Positions 12,122 through 22,902 are shown, numbered from the stretch's first letter. The stretch is 64,000 nucleotides of DNA from an uncultured Alphaproteobacteria bacterium (GCA_963831345.1 CAWHPZ010000039.1:33118-97117); one strand, 5' to 3'. Translations and numbers: made by a program. Notes: a model not told the origin generated them from the letters alone.

Positions 12122-13095
12122 ATGTCGATGATGGCGCAAACCACGAAGCTCAAGTCGGCGTCGGGCCCGGTCGTCTTCATCGACGGCGAAGCGGGCACGA
12201 CGGGGCTCGAGATTCGGGAACGGCTCGAGCACGAGCCTGGGCTCACGATCAAGAGCATTGCGCCGGAGCTGCGCAAGGATGCGGCCGCACGCAAGGCGCT
12301 GATGGCTGAAGCCGATGTCGTGGTGCTGTGCCTGCCGGACGATGCCGCGCGCGAAGCCGTGGCGCTCGCGGCTTCGCTCGGCGCGGAGGCGCCGCGCATC
12401 ATCGACGCCTCGACGGCGCATCGCGTTGCCGACGGCTGGGTGTACGGCTTCGCCGAGCTCGACAAGGACCAGACTGAAAAGATCCGCCATGCGCGGCTCG
12501 TGGCCAACCCCGGATGCTACCCGACCGGCGCCATCGCGCTTTTGCGCCCGCTCATCGACTGCGGGCTTCATTCCGAAGGACTATCCGGTGACCGTCAACG
12601 CGGTGTCCGGATACTCGGGCGGCGGCAAATCGATGATCGAGGCCTACGAGGTGTCGTACACGGCGCCGGATTCCGAGATCTACGGGCTCGGTTTCGACCA
12701 CAAGCACATCGCGGAGCTGCAGAAATACAGCGGCCTCATCGCGGCGGCCCATCTTCATTCCGTCGGTCGGCAATTTCTATCAGGGCATGCTGGTCAGCAT
12801 CCCGCTGCACCTCGACACGCTTACCGGCATGCCGAGCGCGGGCGACCTCGAGGCGGCGCTGGCGGCGCACTACGCGGGCGCGCCGCTCGTGCGCGTCGTG
12901 CCGTCGAGCGAAACGTCGAAGCTCAAGGGGCGGCTCGATGCGCTCGGCGTCAACAAGACGGACCAGCTCGAGCTTTATGTGTTCGGGACCGATGCGCACG
13001 GGCAGGCCCTGCTCGTGGCCCGGCTCGACAATCTCGGCAAGGGCGCCGCGGGCGCGGCCGTGCAGAACCTCAAGCTGATGCTGGGGCTCGCATAG
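12122..13095 (+). CDS. argC: N-acetyl-gamma-glutamyl-phosphate reductase, type 2; two frameshifts
   Basis: [52 protein letters not shown]. Confidence 0.93.
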
Positions 13096-13130
13096 GCGAC
13101 CGTCCCCCTTAACGGCTTAAGGTCGGGAAT

Positions 13131-13166
13131 CCCCCCTCCTAACCTCCCCCACAAGGGGGGAGGAAC
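13131..13166. repeat. REP-like palindromic element between convergent genes
   Basis: CCCCCCTCCTAACCTCCCCCACAAGGGGGGAGG with CCTCCCCC/GGGGGAGG stem, like the CCCTCCCC-N4-GGGGAGGG intergenic repeats of alphaproteobacteria. Confidence 0.6.
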
Positions 13167-13174
13167 ACCGGCCT

Positions 13175-14248
13175 TTATGCAGTCTGCCGCCGCAGGATGT
13201 GCAGGTGGCGCACGGCAATGACCAGCAACACCGCCGCGCCGGCCTGATGAGCAATGCCAAGGCCGAACGGGACTGCTTCGAGCAGCGTCCAGATGCCCAG
13301 CGCAATCTGCGCCAACACACCGGCAAGCAGCAGCAGCGCCGAGTTGCGGACGATCGCAGGTTGCGGGGCGCGCAGAAGCGACCAGACGTTCCACACCACA
13401 AATGCGAACACGATGTAGGCCACGAGGCGGTGATCGAACTGGGCCGTGACCGGGTTTTCGAACGGATTGTGATACCAGGGCTCGATCAGCAGAAGTTCGT
13501 CCGGCACGAGCTTGCCGTTCATGGTCGGCCACGTGTTGTGCGTCAGGCCGCCCTTGAGGCTGGCGACGAAGGCGCCGAGGATCACCTGCAGAAAAATGAG
13601 CCCGACGATCCATGCCGCAAGCGTGGCGTCGGGGCTCTTCGCCCTGCTGCTTGCGGTGGCGGGCTGGCCGAGATCAAGCGCCAGCCAAACGACGAGGGCC
13701 AGCAGCATGAAGGCGACCGTCAGATGCAGCGCCAGCCGGTACTGGCTGACGTCGACGCGATCGACGAGGCCGGACTTGACCATGAACCAGCCGATGGCGC
13801 CCTGAAGGCCGCCCAGCGCCAGCACGGCGGCATATTTCGCGACGTTTCCCGGCCGCAGAGCGCCCTTGGCCCAGAAGAATAGAAACGGAAGGGCGAAGGC
13901 CATGCCGATGAAGCGGCCGAGAAAGCGATGGCTCCATTCCCACCAGTAGATGGATTTGAACGCCTCCAGGGACATGCCCTTGTTGACGAGGTGGTACTCG
14001 GGAATTTCCTTGTACTTGGCGAAGGCCGCCAGCCAATCCGCTTCGCTCAGCGGCGGGATGGCGCCGAGGAGCGGCTGCCATTCGGTGATCGACAGGCCGG
14101 AATCCGTGAGCCTCGTGGCGCCTCCGACGGTGATCATCGCCAGGATGAGGCCCGCGACCGCGAATAGCCAAAGCTGCACGGCCCTGTCCCAGCCGCGCGA
14201 CGGCATCGCGACATCCCTGTTCGCCAGTGCTGTGCCGCCATGCGCCAT
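13175..14248 (-). CDS. ctaA: Heme A synthase (COX15/CtaA family)
   Basis: GGATRLTDSGLSITEW, YWWEWSHRFLGR, SQYRLALHL, QFDHR, HQAGA. Confidence 0.95.
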   Translation of the reverse strand: MAHGGTALANRDVAMPSRGWDRAVQLWLFAVAGLILAMITVGGATRLTDSGLSITEWQPLLGAIPPLSEADWLAAFAKYKEIPEYHLVNKGMSLEAFKSIYWWEWSHRFLGRFIGMAFALPFLFFWAKGALRPGNVAKYAAVLALGGLQGAIGWFMVKSGLVDRVDVSQYRLALHLTVAFMLLALVVWLALDLGQPATASSRAKSPDATLAAWIVGLIFLQVILGAFVASLKGGLTHNTWPTMNGKLVPDELLLIEPWYHNPFENPVTAQFDHRLVAYIVFAFVVWNVWSLLRAPQPAIVRNSALLLLAGVLAQIALGIWTLLEAVPFGLGIAHQAGAAVLLVIAVRHLHILRRQTA

Positions 14249-14402
14249 CGATCAGTCGCTAGCCATGTTCCCTACGTTGTCGGCGGCCATGGTCTGCGTC
14301 GTCGAGGTTTGATAGGGCGAGATCGCCGCTTGATCAATGCGAACGTCCGGCGCAAAACGTCACTTCCCGCCGCATTACAGGTCTTGAAGGAGCAGAACCC
14401 GC

Positions 14403-14612
14403 ATGACGCCGCGCACGCGCAAGCTCGCGGGCACCATTGTGCTCCTGATATTTCTCTCGGTTTATGCGCTGATCGCGATGCTCGTCGCGGTGGTGCTGCA
14501 GGTGAACGCCAGCAAGACGGTCGAGCTTATTTACTATGTCGTTGCTGGGCTTCTCTGGGTGCTGCCAGCAGGCGCGTTGATAACGTGGATGCAGCGTCCG
14601 GACGGGGGCTGA
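14403..14612 (+). CDS. DUF2842 small membrane protein
   Basis: RTRKLAG...YYVVAGLLWVLPA..WMQRPD. Confidence 0.85.
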   Translation: MTPRTRKLAGTIVLLIFLSVYALIAMLVAVVLQVNASKTVELIYYVVAGLLWVLPAGALITWMQRPDGG

Positions 14613-15689
14613 GGGCGCCAAGCGCGCCCTTCACGAAGGCCTGCAGCCGCTTGACGTAGGCGCGCAGAACGAACGGCAACCCCGTCAACATGACCTCGAA
14701 CATAGCGGCTCTTCTGATAATCGCCGTTGATCGACACGCGCGGCAGGCCGGTCATGCAGTCGGCGTGCGCTGACGTGAGCACGCCTTTTTGCGTCGTCAC
14801 GGCCGTAGTGAGCCCAAGATCCTTGGCGATGGCGAATTCACGCTCGCCGGCGCTGGTCGCATCGCCATAGGGAAAGCTGAAGTGCACGCACGGGCGGCCG
14901 AGCTCCTGCTCGATGCGGCGAACACTCAAGGCGATCTCGGTCCTAACGTCGGCCTCGCTGAGCTTGGCCAGGGCATAGTGATGGCGCGTATGTGCGCCGA
15001 TCGTGACGAGCGGATCCTGTGCCAGCGCCCGGATCTCGTTCCAGTTCATCACCATGTCGGCGCAGAGCTGCGAGGCGTCGTAGCCGGCGTCGCGCGCAAT
15101 CCTGGACACGCACGCTCTCAGCTCACGCTCGGGCAACTTGCGCAAAGTCCAGTAGATCTCGCTGAAGGTATTCCACTTGCCGCGGGCCGTATCGGTATCG
15201 AAGTGCCGGACCTGGCCTTCGAGAGTCGACGGTCAGCTCGTCAGTGCGCTTGATGGCCTCCTCGAGCTTCAGCCACCAGAGATCGCCCTGCCAATCGGCG
15301 TAGGCCGTCGGGATGTAGATCGCGAACGGCAGGTTGAGGCGCTTGAAGACCGGATAGGCGTGCTCGCGGTTGTCGCGGTAGCCGTCATCGAAGGTGAAGC
15401 AGGCGAAGGGACGGGCATCGGGGCCCTCCTTGATGCGGCGCGCGGCTTCGTCGAGCGAGACGATTTCATAGCCCTGAGCCTGGACCTCGCGAATGGCGGT
15501 CTCGAGGAACTCCGGCGTGATCTTGAGGATGCGGTTCGGCTCGAACTCTCCCGGCGGCTCAGGGCAAACCCGGTGCAGCGTCAGAAATACGCCATTGCCG
15601 CGCGTGAGCGGGGCGATGAGCCGGCTCAAGCCCGTGTAGTGCAGCACCGAGAGGGCCGCTTTGAAGACCTTTGTCGCTTTGCGAGCCAT
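14612..15689 (-). CDS. Polysaccharide deacetylase (NodB/CE4); frameshifted, 3' end approximate
   Basis: LTLHRV, TFDDGYRDN, IGAHTRHH, HFSFPYG, LPRVS. Confidence 0.88.
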
Positions 15690-15840
15690 GGGGCTTTCAC
15701 ATGATCATCGGATGGGCCGATTAGATGATCAAAGGCTGTGCAAAGTCCTAACCGCACCCCCCAAGCGTGACGCCACCTGCAACAGCGTTAAAAAATGGCA
15801 AACGGCCAGCTCGAAGTGGGTATCCCGGCGGTTGGGCGTC

Positions 15841-18020
15841 TCAGCCAACCCGCATGCGCGGTTCCTGCCGGGTCAGATGCGCCGCTCTGCCTGACGCCTT
15901 CCCAAAGCTCGCCGGCACGACATAGCGCATGAGCTCGATGCCATCGACCTCGTAACCGAGGAACGTCTGTGCATCGACCAGCAGCGGTGCGCCCTCCGCG
16001 GAGACAACCGTAATGCCGCAATCGAAACGGCCCTCGATGGCCTCGAACAGGTGGCGAGCGGCTTCCTCGCGGCTTGCGACGATGATCTGGTCATAGACAC
16101 CGTCGAGTGCGTCGAGAACGAAATTGACGTGGTTCGGGTCGATGATCTCGCCCGCGGCGAGGCTTGATCCTGCCGGAATGAGATGCGCGCCGCTCTGGCC
16201 CAGAGCGCCGACGACATCCTCGAACTTGACCCTTCCGGCAACCAGATCAAGCATTCCCGGAACGCTCGCGTGGCCCAGCGCTTCAGCGATGCCGCCACCT
16301 GCCGGCGCCCAGTCGATCAGGATGACCGTCTGGCCTTTTGCGGCGAGGGCTTTGCCCAGGCTCGCTGCCTCCACGGCCAATTGCCCGGCGGCGATGTCGC
16401 CCGCGATGAGCGAACGCGTGCCGCTCAGGGCTTGCGCGCGCATAGCGCGCAGGCGATCGGCTATTGCCGCCGGTGAGTTGAATGCGTGCATGGCCGCGCC
16501 TTGTGGAGGCTCGGCCTGCGGCGGCCAAGCTCCGGCACCCGGTGCAGCCCCGGCAGCACGGGGGCAACCGGCATCGTGCGGCGCATGGGCTCTCTCTCGA
16601 CGGCGACCGGCACGCGCACCCCGCTCAAGAGACCGCGCGTGATGACGATAGCCATGCCGAACATCAAGGTCGCGACGGCGACAAGCAGCGTCGTTGCGGT
16701 CTTTTTCGGGAACACCGGCACGCTCGACGGGCGCGCCATGGAGACGATCTGGGCCTCGACCGGAATGGTGCGGCTGTCGTCGGCGCGCACCCTGTTGCCC
16801 TCATACTGGGCCCGGAGCCGGTCCAGCTCGGCGCGTTTCGATCTGGCGTTGGCCTCGAGGTTCCGGAGCTTGGCTTCGTCGGGGCCGGTATCGACGATGC
16901 GCGTCTTGATCTCGCTGACGCTCTTCGCGACGGCCTCCTCGCGCATCGCGGTGACCTTGGCCTCCTTGGAGAGACCCTCCACGATCTTGGCCACCTCGGC
17001 GCTGATCTGCTTCTTCAAGCCGGCGAGATCGGCGTTGAGCTGGCGCATGCGCGGATGGCCGGGCAGAAGCGTGGCCGAGAGTTCCGAAATCTGCCGCTCG
17101 ACGCGTACGCGGCTTTGCACCAGGTTTTGAATCACCGGCGACTTCTGCACGTCCGGCAGCGCATCGGCGCCGCCAGCCGTCAGCATCTCGCGTGCCTGCT
17201 TGGCGCGCGCCTCGGCTTCGGAGCGCGCGGCCTTGGCCCGCGACAGCTCGGCGTTGAGCTCCGCAAGCTGCTGCTCGTTGAGACCCGTCGACTGCTGGCC
17301 GCCCTTGAAGATGTTGGCCTCGCCGCGGAATCTCTCGACGTCGGCCTCGGCTGACGCCGCCTCGTCTGCAAGTTTGGCGATCTGCGGCGCAAGCGCCTTC
17401 TGCACGTCGTCGGTCTCGGTGATGCTCTGGCGCGCGAGGTTCTCGCGATAGGTCTCGGCGATGCGATTGGCGACGGCCGCGGCAAGCACGGGATCGCTCG
17501 AGGAGAAGCGAATGCCGATGACGCGGCTTTCCTTGGCCGGATAGACGTCGAGGTGCGCGAAGTAGGCGCTGATCACCAGCTCCTGCACGCTTTCGCCGGG
17601 CCGGGGCTTTCCGATGCCAACGAGGCGAAGCAATGCCGACAGCGTATCGGGCGCGCCGAGCGTGCTGTTGAATTCGACCTTATCGGCGAGCTTCATCTCG
17701 CGCACGATGGTCTCGGCGAGGTCATAGGACTGAAGCGCACGCACGTGCGTGTTCACGGCTTCCTTGTCCATGCGCACGCTGACCGAATCCGATGCGCCCC
17801 CCGTGCGATTTGGATCGGCGTACGGATTGTTGGTGCTCTTCGATTCGATCGAGATCTGCGTTTCCGACATGTAGCGCGGCGCTACGAGCGAGAGAACGCC
17901 ATAGGTTGCAGCCCCAGCCACGAGCGCAAGGACCGCGAGCCTGGGCAGGCTGCGCACAGCCAGTGTCCAAAGCGCTCCGAGGTCGATGTCATCGGACGCA
18001 GGGCGGCGGGTCGTACGCAT
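15841..18020 (-). CDS. GumC/Wzc-like polysaccharide co-polymerase (UppB-like) with degenerate kinase domain; frameshift near 16560
   Basis: DIDLGAL N-terminus, Wzz TM, coiled coil with LLPGHPRM, PSSVPVFPKK before second TM; C-terminal P-loop-like domain without GKS/T. Confidence 0.85.
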
Positions 18021-18172
18021 TGGTTCGGTCCGGTCCGGCTCGAGAATGAACGATCCTCAATGTCTTACACGTGGCCCCGTTATGATTTCCTTAAGCATCC
18101 CGGAATGGTGCGCGCCCATCAGGTTTTGTTAACCGGCCATCCGTAGAAACAATTGATGGCTGAGTTTGTGAA

Positions 18173-18835
18173 ATGGTGATCATGCGCGCCCGGAGTCCGC
18201 TCCGTCGTTTGTTGGTCGTCGGCGTCATGTCGATGATGCTGGGGGCGTGCGCGCACGATCAGATCGAATTCCTGGCGGCGGGCGGCCGAGAGCCTGTCGT
18301 CGTTGCTCCTGCGGATGCAGGCTGGAACGGCCCGGTGGTGCAGGCCGCCTATGATGCCGGTCCCGCGGACCTCAATGGCCCTTACGTTCTCGACACCGGC
18401 GACCGGCTGCGCGTGTTCGTCTATGGCCAGCCCAACCTTTCGCGCGCCTATACCGTGGATCAGGACGGGCGCATCTCCGTGCCTCTCATCGGCAACGTGG
18501 AAGCGCGCGGGCGCACCACCGACGATCTCGAGCATGCCATCCGTGGCCGCCTCGGGGCCGAGTTCGTGCGCGATCCGCAGGTCACGGTGGATGTGCTGCA
18601 GAACCGGCCATTCTTCATCCTCGGCGAAGTGAAAGCCGCGGGGCAATATCCGTACGTGTCGGGGATGACGGTGGAGACGGCGGTGGCCATAGCGGGCGGC
18701 TACTCCGACCGCGCCAGCGACCGCCAGTTCCGCGTCACGCGCCGCAGGAACGGCTACATCGAGCAACTTGAAGCTCCGAGCGAATATCTGATCCAGCCGG
18801 GCGATACCGTCTATGTCTATGAACGCTTTTTCTAG
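18173..18835 (+). CDS. Polysaccharide export protein, Wza family (UppC-like)
   Basis: Lipobox LGAC, YVLDTGDRLRV, ISVPLIG, RPFFILGEV, AVAIAGGY. Confidence 0.92.
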   Translation: MVIMRARSPLRRLLVVGVMSMMLGACAHDQIEFLAAGGREPVVVAPADAGWNGPVVQAAYDAGPADLNGPYVLDTGDRLRVFVYGQPNLSRAYTVDQDGRISVPLIGNVEARGRTTDDLEHAIRGRLGAEFVRDPQVTVDVLQNRPFFILGEVKAAGQYPYVSGMTVETAVAIAGGYSDRASDRQFRVTRRRNGYIEQLEAPSEYLIQPGDTVYVYERFF

Positions 18836-18875
18836 TTCGGCAGCGAATGCCGCAGCCGTCCATGCCGACTACAGC

Positions 18876-20072
18876 ATGGACGCGATGGACGAGGCCGTGC
18901 CCGCCTCATCGCGGCCGCTGCGGATCCTGCACATCATGCGCGCGCCCGTGGGCGGTCTGTTCCGGCACGTGCTGGATCTCGCCGGCGAGCAAGCGCGGCG
19001 CGGCCATGCCGTCGGCATCGTGGCGGACGCAAGCACGGCCGATGGCCTCACTCTTTTGCGGCTGCGCGGCATAGAGTCGAAGCTCAGGCTCGGAATTCAG
19101 CTCATTCCCATGAGCCGGCAGCCGGGGTTCGGCGATCTGTCGGTGAGCCGTTCCGTATATCGCCTCTCCAGGGCTCTCAAGGCCGACATCCTGCACGGTC
19201 ATGGCGCGAAGGGCGGCGCTTATGCGCGTCTGGCAGCCATGCCGATTTCGGTACGGGTAGACAACATAAAGGCCTTCTATACGCCGCATGGCGGCAGCCT
19301 TCACTTCAAGCCCGGCACGTTCGGGGGCGGGGCCATTCTCGGCCTCGAGAAACTGCTCGGCCGAATGACGGACGGCCTCATTTTCGAGAGCGACTTCGCC
19401 CGCCGGCTCTATACGGAGCGCATCGGCGTGGGCTCCATTCCGGTGCGCGTCATTCCCAACGGCTTGAACCCTGCCGACTTCACGCCGCATGAACCGCTGC
19501 CGAACGCCGCGGATTTTCTGTTCATCGGCGAATTGCGTGACATCAAGGGTGTCGACGTTCTGCTCAAGGCGCTCTCGAAGCTCAACGTGTATCAGCCGGT
19601 CACGGCCGTCATCGTCGGCGCGGGCCCCGATGCGGAGCGTCTCCAGGCGCTGGCGACGCACCTGCGGCTCGGATCGCGCGTGCGCTTTCCGGGAGCCATG
19701 CCGGCACGCGAGGCGCTCCCGCTCGGACGCTGCCTCGTGGTTCCCTCGCTTGCGGAGAGCTTTCCCTACGTCGTGCTCGAGGCCGGGGCGGCGGGCATGC
19801 CGCTCGTTGCGACCAATGTGGGCGGAATTCCCGAGATCGTCGCCGGAACGCACATCCGTCTCATCCCGCCGGGTGACGTCGCCGCGCTGACGGCCACGAT
19901 GCACCGCGTGCGCGAGAAGCCGGAACGGGCCTTGCTCGACGCCAAGGAACTGCGCTCTGCCGTCCAGCGCAAATACACCGTCGAGGCGATGACGGACGAG
20001 GTGCTCGCCTTCTATGCGGCGCCGTCCACTGTGGTGGCGCCTCCGCGACCGGAAGCGGTCGCGGAAGGTTAA
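18876..20072 (+). CDS. Glycosyltransferase family 4 (UppD-like)
   Basis: RAPVGGLFRHV, HGHGAKGG, YTPHGGSLH, ESFPYVVLE. Confidence 0.9.
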   Translation: MDAMDEAVPASSRPLRILHIMRAPVGGLFRHVLDLAGEQARRGHAVGIVADASTADGLTLLRLRGIESKLRLGIQLIPMSRQPGFGDLSVSRSVYRLSRALKADILHGHGAKGGAYARLAAMPISVRVDNIKAFYTPHGGSLHFKPGTFGGGAILGLEKLLGRMTDGLIFESDFARRLYTERIGVGSIPVRVIPNGLNPADFTPHEPLPNAADFLFIGELRDIKGVDVLLKALSKLNVYQPVTAVIVGAGPDAERLQALATHLRLGSRVRFPGAMPAREALPLGRCLVVPSLAESFPYVVLEAGAAGMPLVATNVGGIPEIVAGTHIRLIPPGDVAALTATMHRVREKPERALLDAKELRSAVQRKYTVEAMTDEVLAFYAAPSTVVAPPRPEAVAEG

Positions 20073-20111
20073 TGCCGACCGCGGGTTTCCTGCCCCCTAC
20101 CCAAGGCCCGG

Positions 20112-20127
20112 TGGCACGCCGGATGCA
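20112..20127 (+). promoter_or_regulatory. Candidate sigma-54 (-24/-12) promoter
   Basis: TGGCACGCCGGATGCA versus consensus TGGCACG-N4-TTGCW, one mismatch, GG/GC spacing correct. Confidence 0.5.
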
Positions 20128-20195
20128 GCCTTTGCACGTAAGTGAGCCTTATTCGGAGGCCTCACGCTGCAAGTGTCGCATTCTGAGCCAGACCC

Positions 20196-21706
20196 ATGGT
20201 CTTTTCTCCGTCCCTGCCGCCGTCCGGATTGTCTCAATCCGCATCACTCGACGACGCCCTCCGCGTTCCGAGGCTCGCGGACGTACGCCCGGGGAGCAAG
20301 GCGCGGCTCATCCCGCCGGCCGTGCTGCGCGGCATGGCCCGCCTTTCCGATTTCACCGTTGCTGCCGGGACGGGTCTCGGCGTCGCCGCCAGCGCCGCCA
20401 TAAGCCCGGCCGAGGTGCCATTCTACTTGCTCGCCATCGGCTCCACGAGCGCGGCCATGCTCATCTTCATGCAGGTGCTTGGGCTCTATTCGACTGACGT
20501 TCTCAAGGCGCCGCTGCTGCACCTGCCGCGCGTCGTGCTCGCATGGGTCGCAACGATCACGATTTTGGCCACGGCCATGCTCGCCGTCAGCGCGACCCAC
20601 GAGGCGAGCCGGATCTGGCTTCTCGTCTGGTTCGGCGTGGGGGCCGTTGGTCTCGTCGCGGGACGGCTTGCGGCGGGGCGGATGGTGAGGGGCTGGGCGC
20701 TGGCCGGCCGGCTGTCGCGGCGCGCCGCCATCTATGGCGGCGGCGACATCGCCGAGGACGTGTTGCGCCGTCTCGAGGCCGAGCAAGCCTCCGATATCCG
20801 CATCACCGGCGTTTTCGACGATCGGCAGGATGGGCGGACGCCCGATGCTGTCGGCGGCTATCCGCGACTCGGCACTCTCGAAGCGCTGATCGCGAAAGGG
20901 CGCGAGACGCGGCTCGATCTCGTCATCGTGGCGCTTCCGGCCGCAGGAGAGAAACGGCTCGCAATGGTCGCCGAGAAGCTGTCGCAACTGCCGGCCGACA
21001 TCCGCCTGCCGGCACGAGCCACGAGCTCAGGCTGTCGCCGCGGCTCTACTCTCACATCGGGCCGGTGGCGATGATCGATCTCTACGACAAGCCGATCGCG
21101 AACTGGGATTTCGTCATCAAGTCGGCCTTCGACAAGATCGTCAGCGCGCTGGCGCTCATGCTTTTCTCGCCGCTGATGCTGGCGATCGCCCTGGCCATCA
21201 AGCTCGATTCGTCCGGACCGATCTTCTTCCGGCAAACGCGCTATGGCTTCAACAACGAGCCCATCGAGGTTCTGAAGTTCCGCTCGATGTATACGAACGC
21301 CGCGGACGTAGCCGCCGCGCAACTCGTGACCAAAGGCGACGCGCGCGTGACGCGCGTCGGGCGCTTCATCCGCAAGACGAGCCTCGACGAGCTGCCGCAG
21401 CTGTTCAACGTTCTGAGAGGGGATCTGTCGCTCGTCGGGCCGCGGCCGCATGCGCCGGCGGCAAAAGCTGACGACCGCCTCTACACCGATGTGGTGTCGC
21501 ATTACTTCGCCCGGCACAAGGTGAAGCCGGGGATGACGGGCTGGGCCCAGGTCAACGGATGGCGCGGGGAAACCGACACGAGCGAGAAGATCGAAAGGCG
21601 GGTCGAGCACGATCTTTATTACATCGAGAACTGGTCGGTGCTGTTCGACCTCTACATTCTCGCGCTGACGCCGCTCGCCCTGTTCAAGACCGAAAACGCT
21701 TATTGA
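20196..21706 (+). CDS. Undecaprenyl-phosphate hexose phosphotransferase, WcaJ/WbaP family (UppE-like); frameshift near 21020
   Basis: Four N-terminal TMs, [47 protein letters not shown]. Confidence 0.93.
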
Positions 21707-21753
21707 TACGGGGCCTCGCTGCTTGATGCCGGCCCAGGCCAAGCAAGAAAGCG

Positions 21754-21855
21754 CTATGAGAGGCGAACCATTACCTTGACCAATAGGGCGAGGGCCGGTC
21801 CGAAGACCGCCACAAACGACAGCACAAGCGCCAAGGTCATCGACATATCGAGCAT
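21754..21855 (-). CDS. 33-aa hydrophobic small protein (not in ORF track)
   Basis: Reads MLDMSMTLALVLSFVAVFGPALALLVKVMVRLS*; GAGGG upstream; single TM-length hydrophobic stretch. Confidence 0.5.
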   Translation of the reverse strand: MLDMSMTLALVLSFVAVFGPALALLVKVMVRLS

Positions 21856-22027
21856 TACGCCCGGTGCCCTCGAGTAGATCACGGGCTGCGACAATCGCAC
21901 GCTCCGTCACGCACCGGACGCACTGGGCAGAAACAAACTCGGCCCGGTTCAGATGCTGAAGCACTGTACCAGGGCCGGGTGTGAACTCAATTTACCGAAG
22001 AGTATAGCGGCGGGATTTACCGGCGTG

Positions 22028-22507
22028 TCAGGCTGCCGCGTGCGCGCCCGGAGCAAAGCTCTCACCGGCCGTCTCGAGCGCCTCGCTTACAGCGCGTGCG
22101 AGCTTGTGCGGGTTAAAGCCCCACTTGACGTTGAGGCGCATGCCGGCTGCGATCTCGAGTGTCTTCACCACAGCCTCCTGACCATGGCTTGCTATGAGCT
22201 CGCTGATACGACGCGACTGGCAAGCTTCCATGAGGCTGCGGAAGCGCAACAGAACGGCGACCTTGCGTTGACGGCCGCGGCGCGAGATCTGCCAGAAGGC
22301 CTGTTCGACGCGGCGGAGATCTTCATCCGAAAGAGAGACCGAGGGGAGCAGCAAGCCGCGTCCCGAGAGCATCTTGAGAGCGAGAGCAAGCTCACGCGCA
22401 CCTACGCGCGGAACATCGCTGGTATCGAGTGCGGCCAGGGTGTCGCTGCGATCCGCAGCCTCAGAGCCGTTCGATGAAACTGGTGTCGCTGAAGACATCG
22501 TGGCCAT
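22028..22507 (-). CDS. Hypothetical protein
   Basis: 159-aa ORF with GGAG RBS, 5 nt after the cold-shock-like gene. Confidence 0.7.
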   Translation of the reverse strand: MATMSSATPVSSNGSEAADRSDTLAALDTSDVPRVGARELALALKMLSGRGLLLPSVSLSDEDLRRVEQAFWQISRRGRQRKVAVLLRFRSLMEACQSRRISELIASHGQEAVVKTLEIAAGMRLNVKWGFNPHKLARAVSEALETAGESFAPGAHAAA

Positions 22508-22512
22508 GGCAA

Positions 22513-22746
22513 TCAGCTCCGCTTACCAAATGTTTTTTTGTGGGCGAAAGCGCCCCAAGGAGATCCATGCAACAAGACAATGTCTCTCGGCTTACGTGAT
22601 TCGATCAGGAAGTCCACGTCGAGTCCGACCAGCTTTCCATTCGGATTGCATATCTCAGACGCCGAGAAGCGGAATTTCTGTCCGTCTTCGCTACGGATAA
22701 CGCCGAAGCCGATATCGTCGCGAAACTTGGTGATATGTCCCTGCAT
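22513..22746 (-). CDS. Divergent cold-shock-domain (OB-fold) protein
   Basis: MQGHITKFRDDIGFGVIRSEDGQKFRFSASEI resembles the CSD RNP1/RNP2 pattern; GGAGA RBS. Confidence 0.7.
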   Translation of the reverse strand: MQGHITKFRDDIGFGVIRSEDGQKFRFSASEICNPNGKLVGLDVDFLIESRKPRDIVLLHGSPWGAFAHKKTFGKRS

Positions 22747-22817
22747 GTCGTTCTCCAACTCATGTGGACCTCGTCTGGCCCGTTGAGTGGAGCTTCCCAC
22801 GACACGCTTGTTTGCTC

Positions 22818-22833
22818 AGTTCCCCAAGTCACA
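22818..22833 (-). promoter_or_regulatory. Crp/Clr-like box, copy 1
   Basis: TGTGAC-TTGG-GGAACT, then 21 nt, then GAAGCT (22796-22791). Confidence 0.55.
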
Positions 22834-22902
22834 TTGAACGAAATTTCGCTCCCGCCGTCCAGCGGTCATGCGCATGGTAAACAAGGGTCAAACAAAATTA
22901 AC

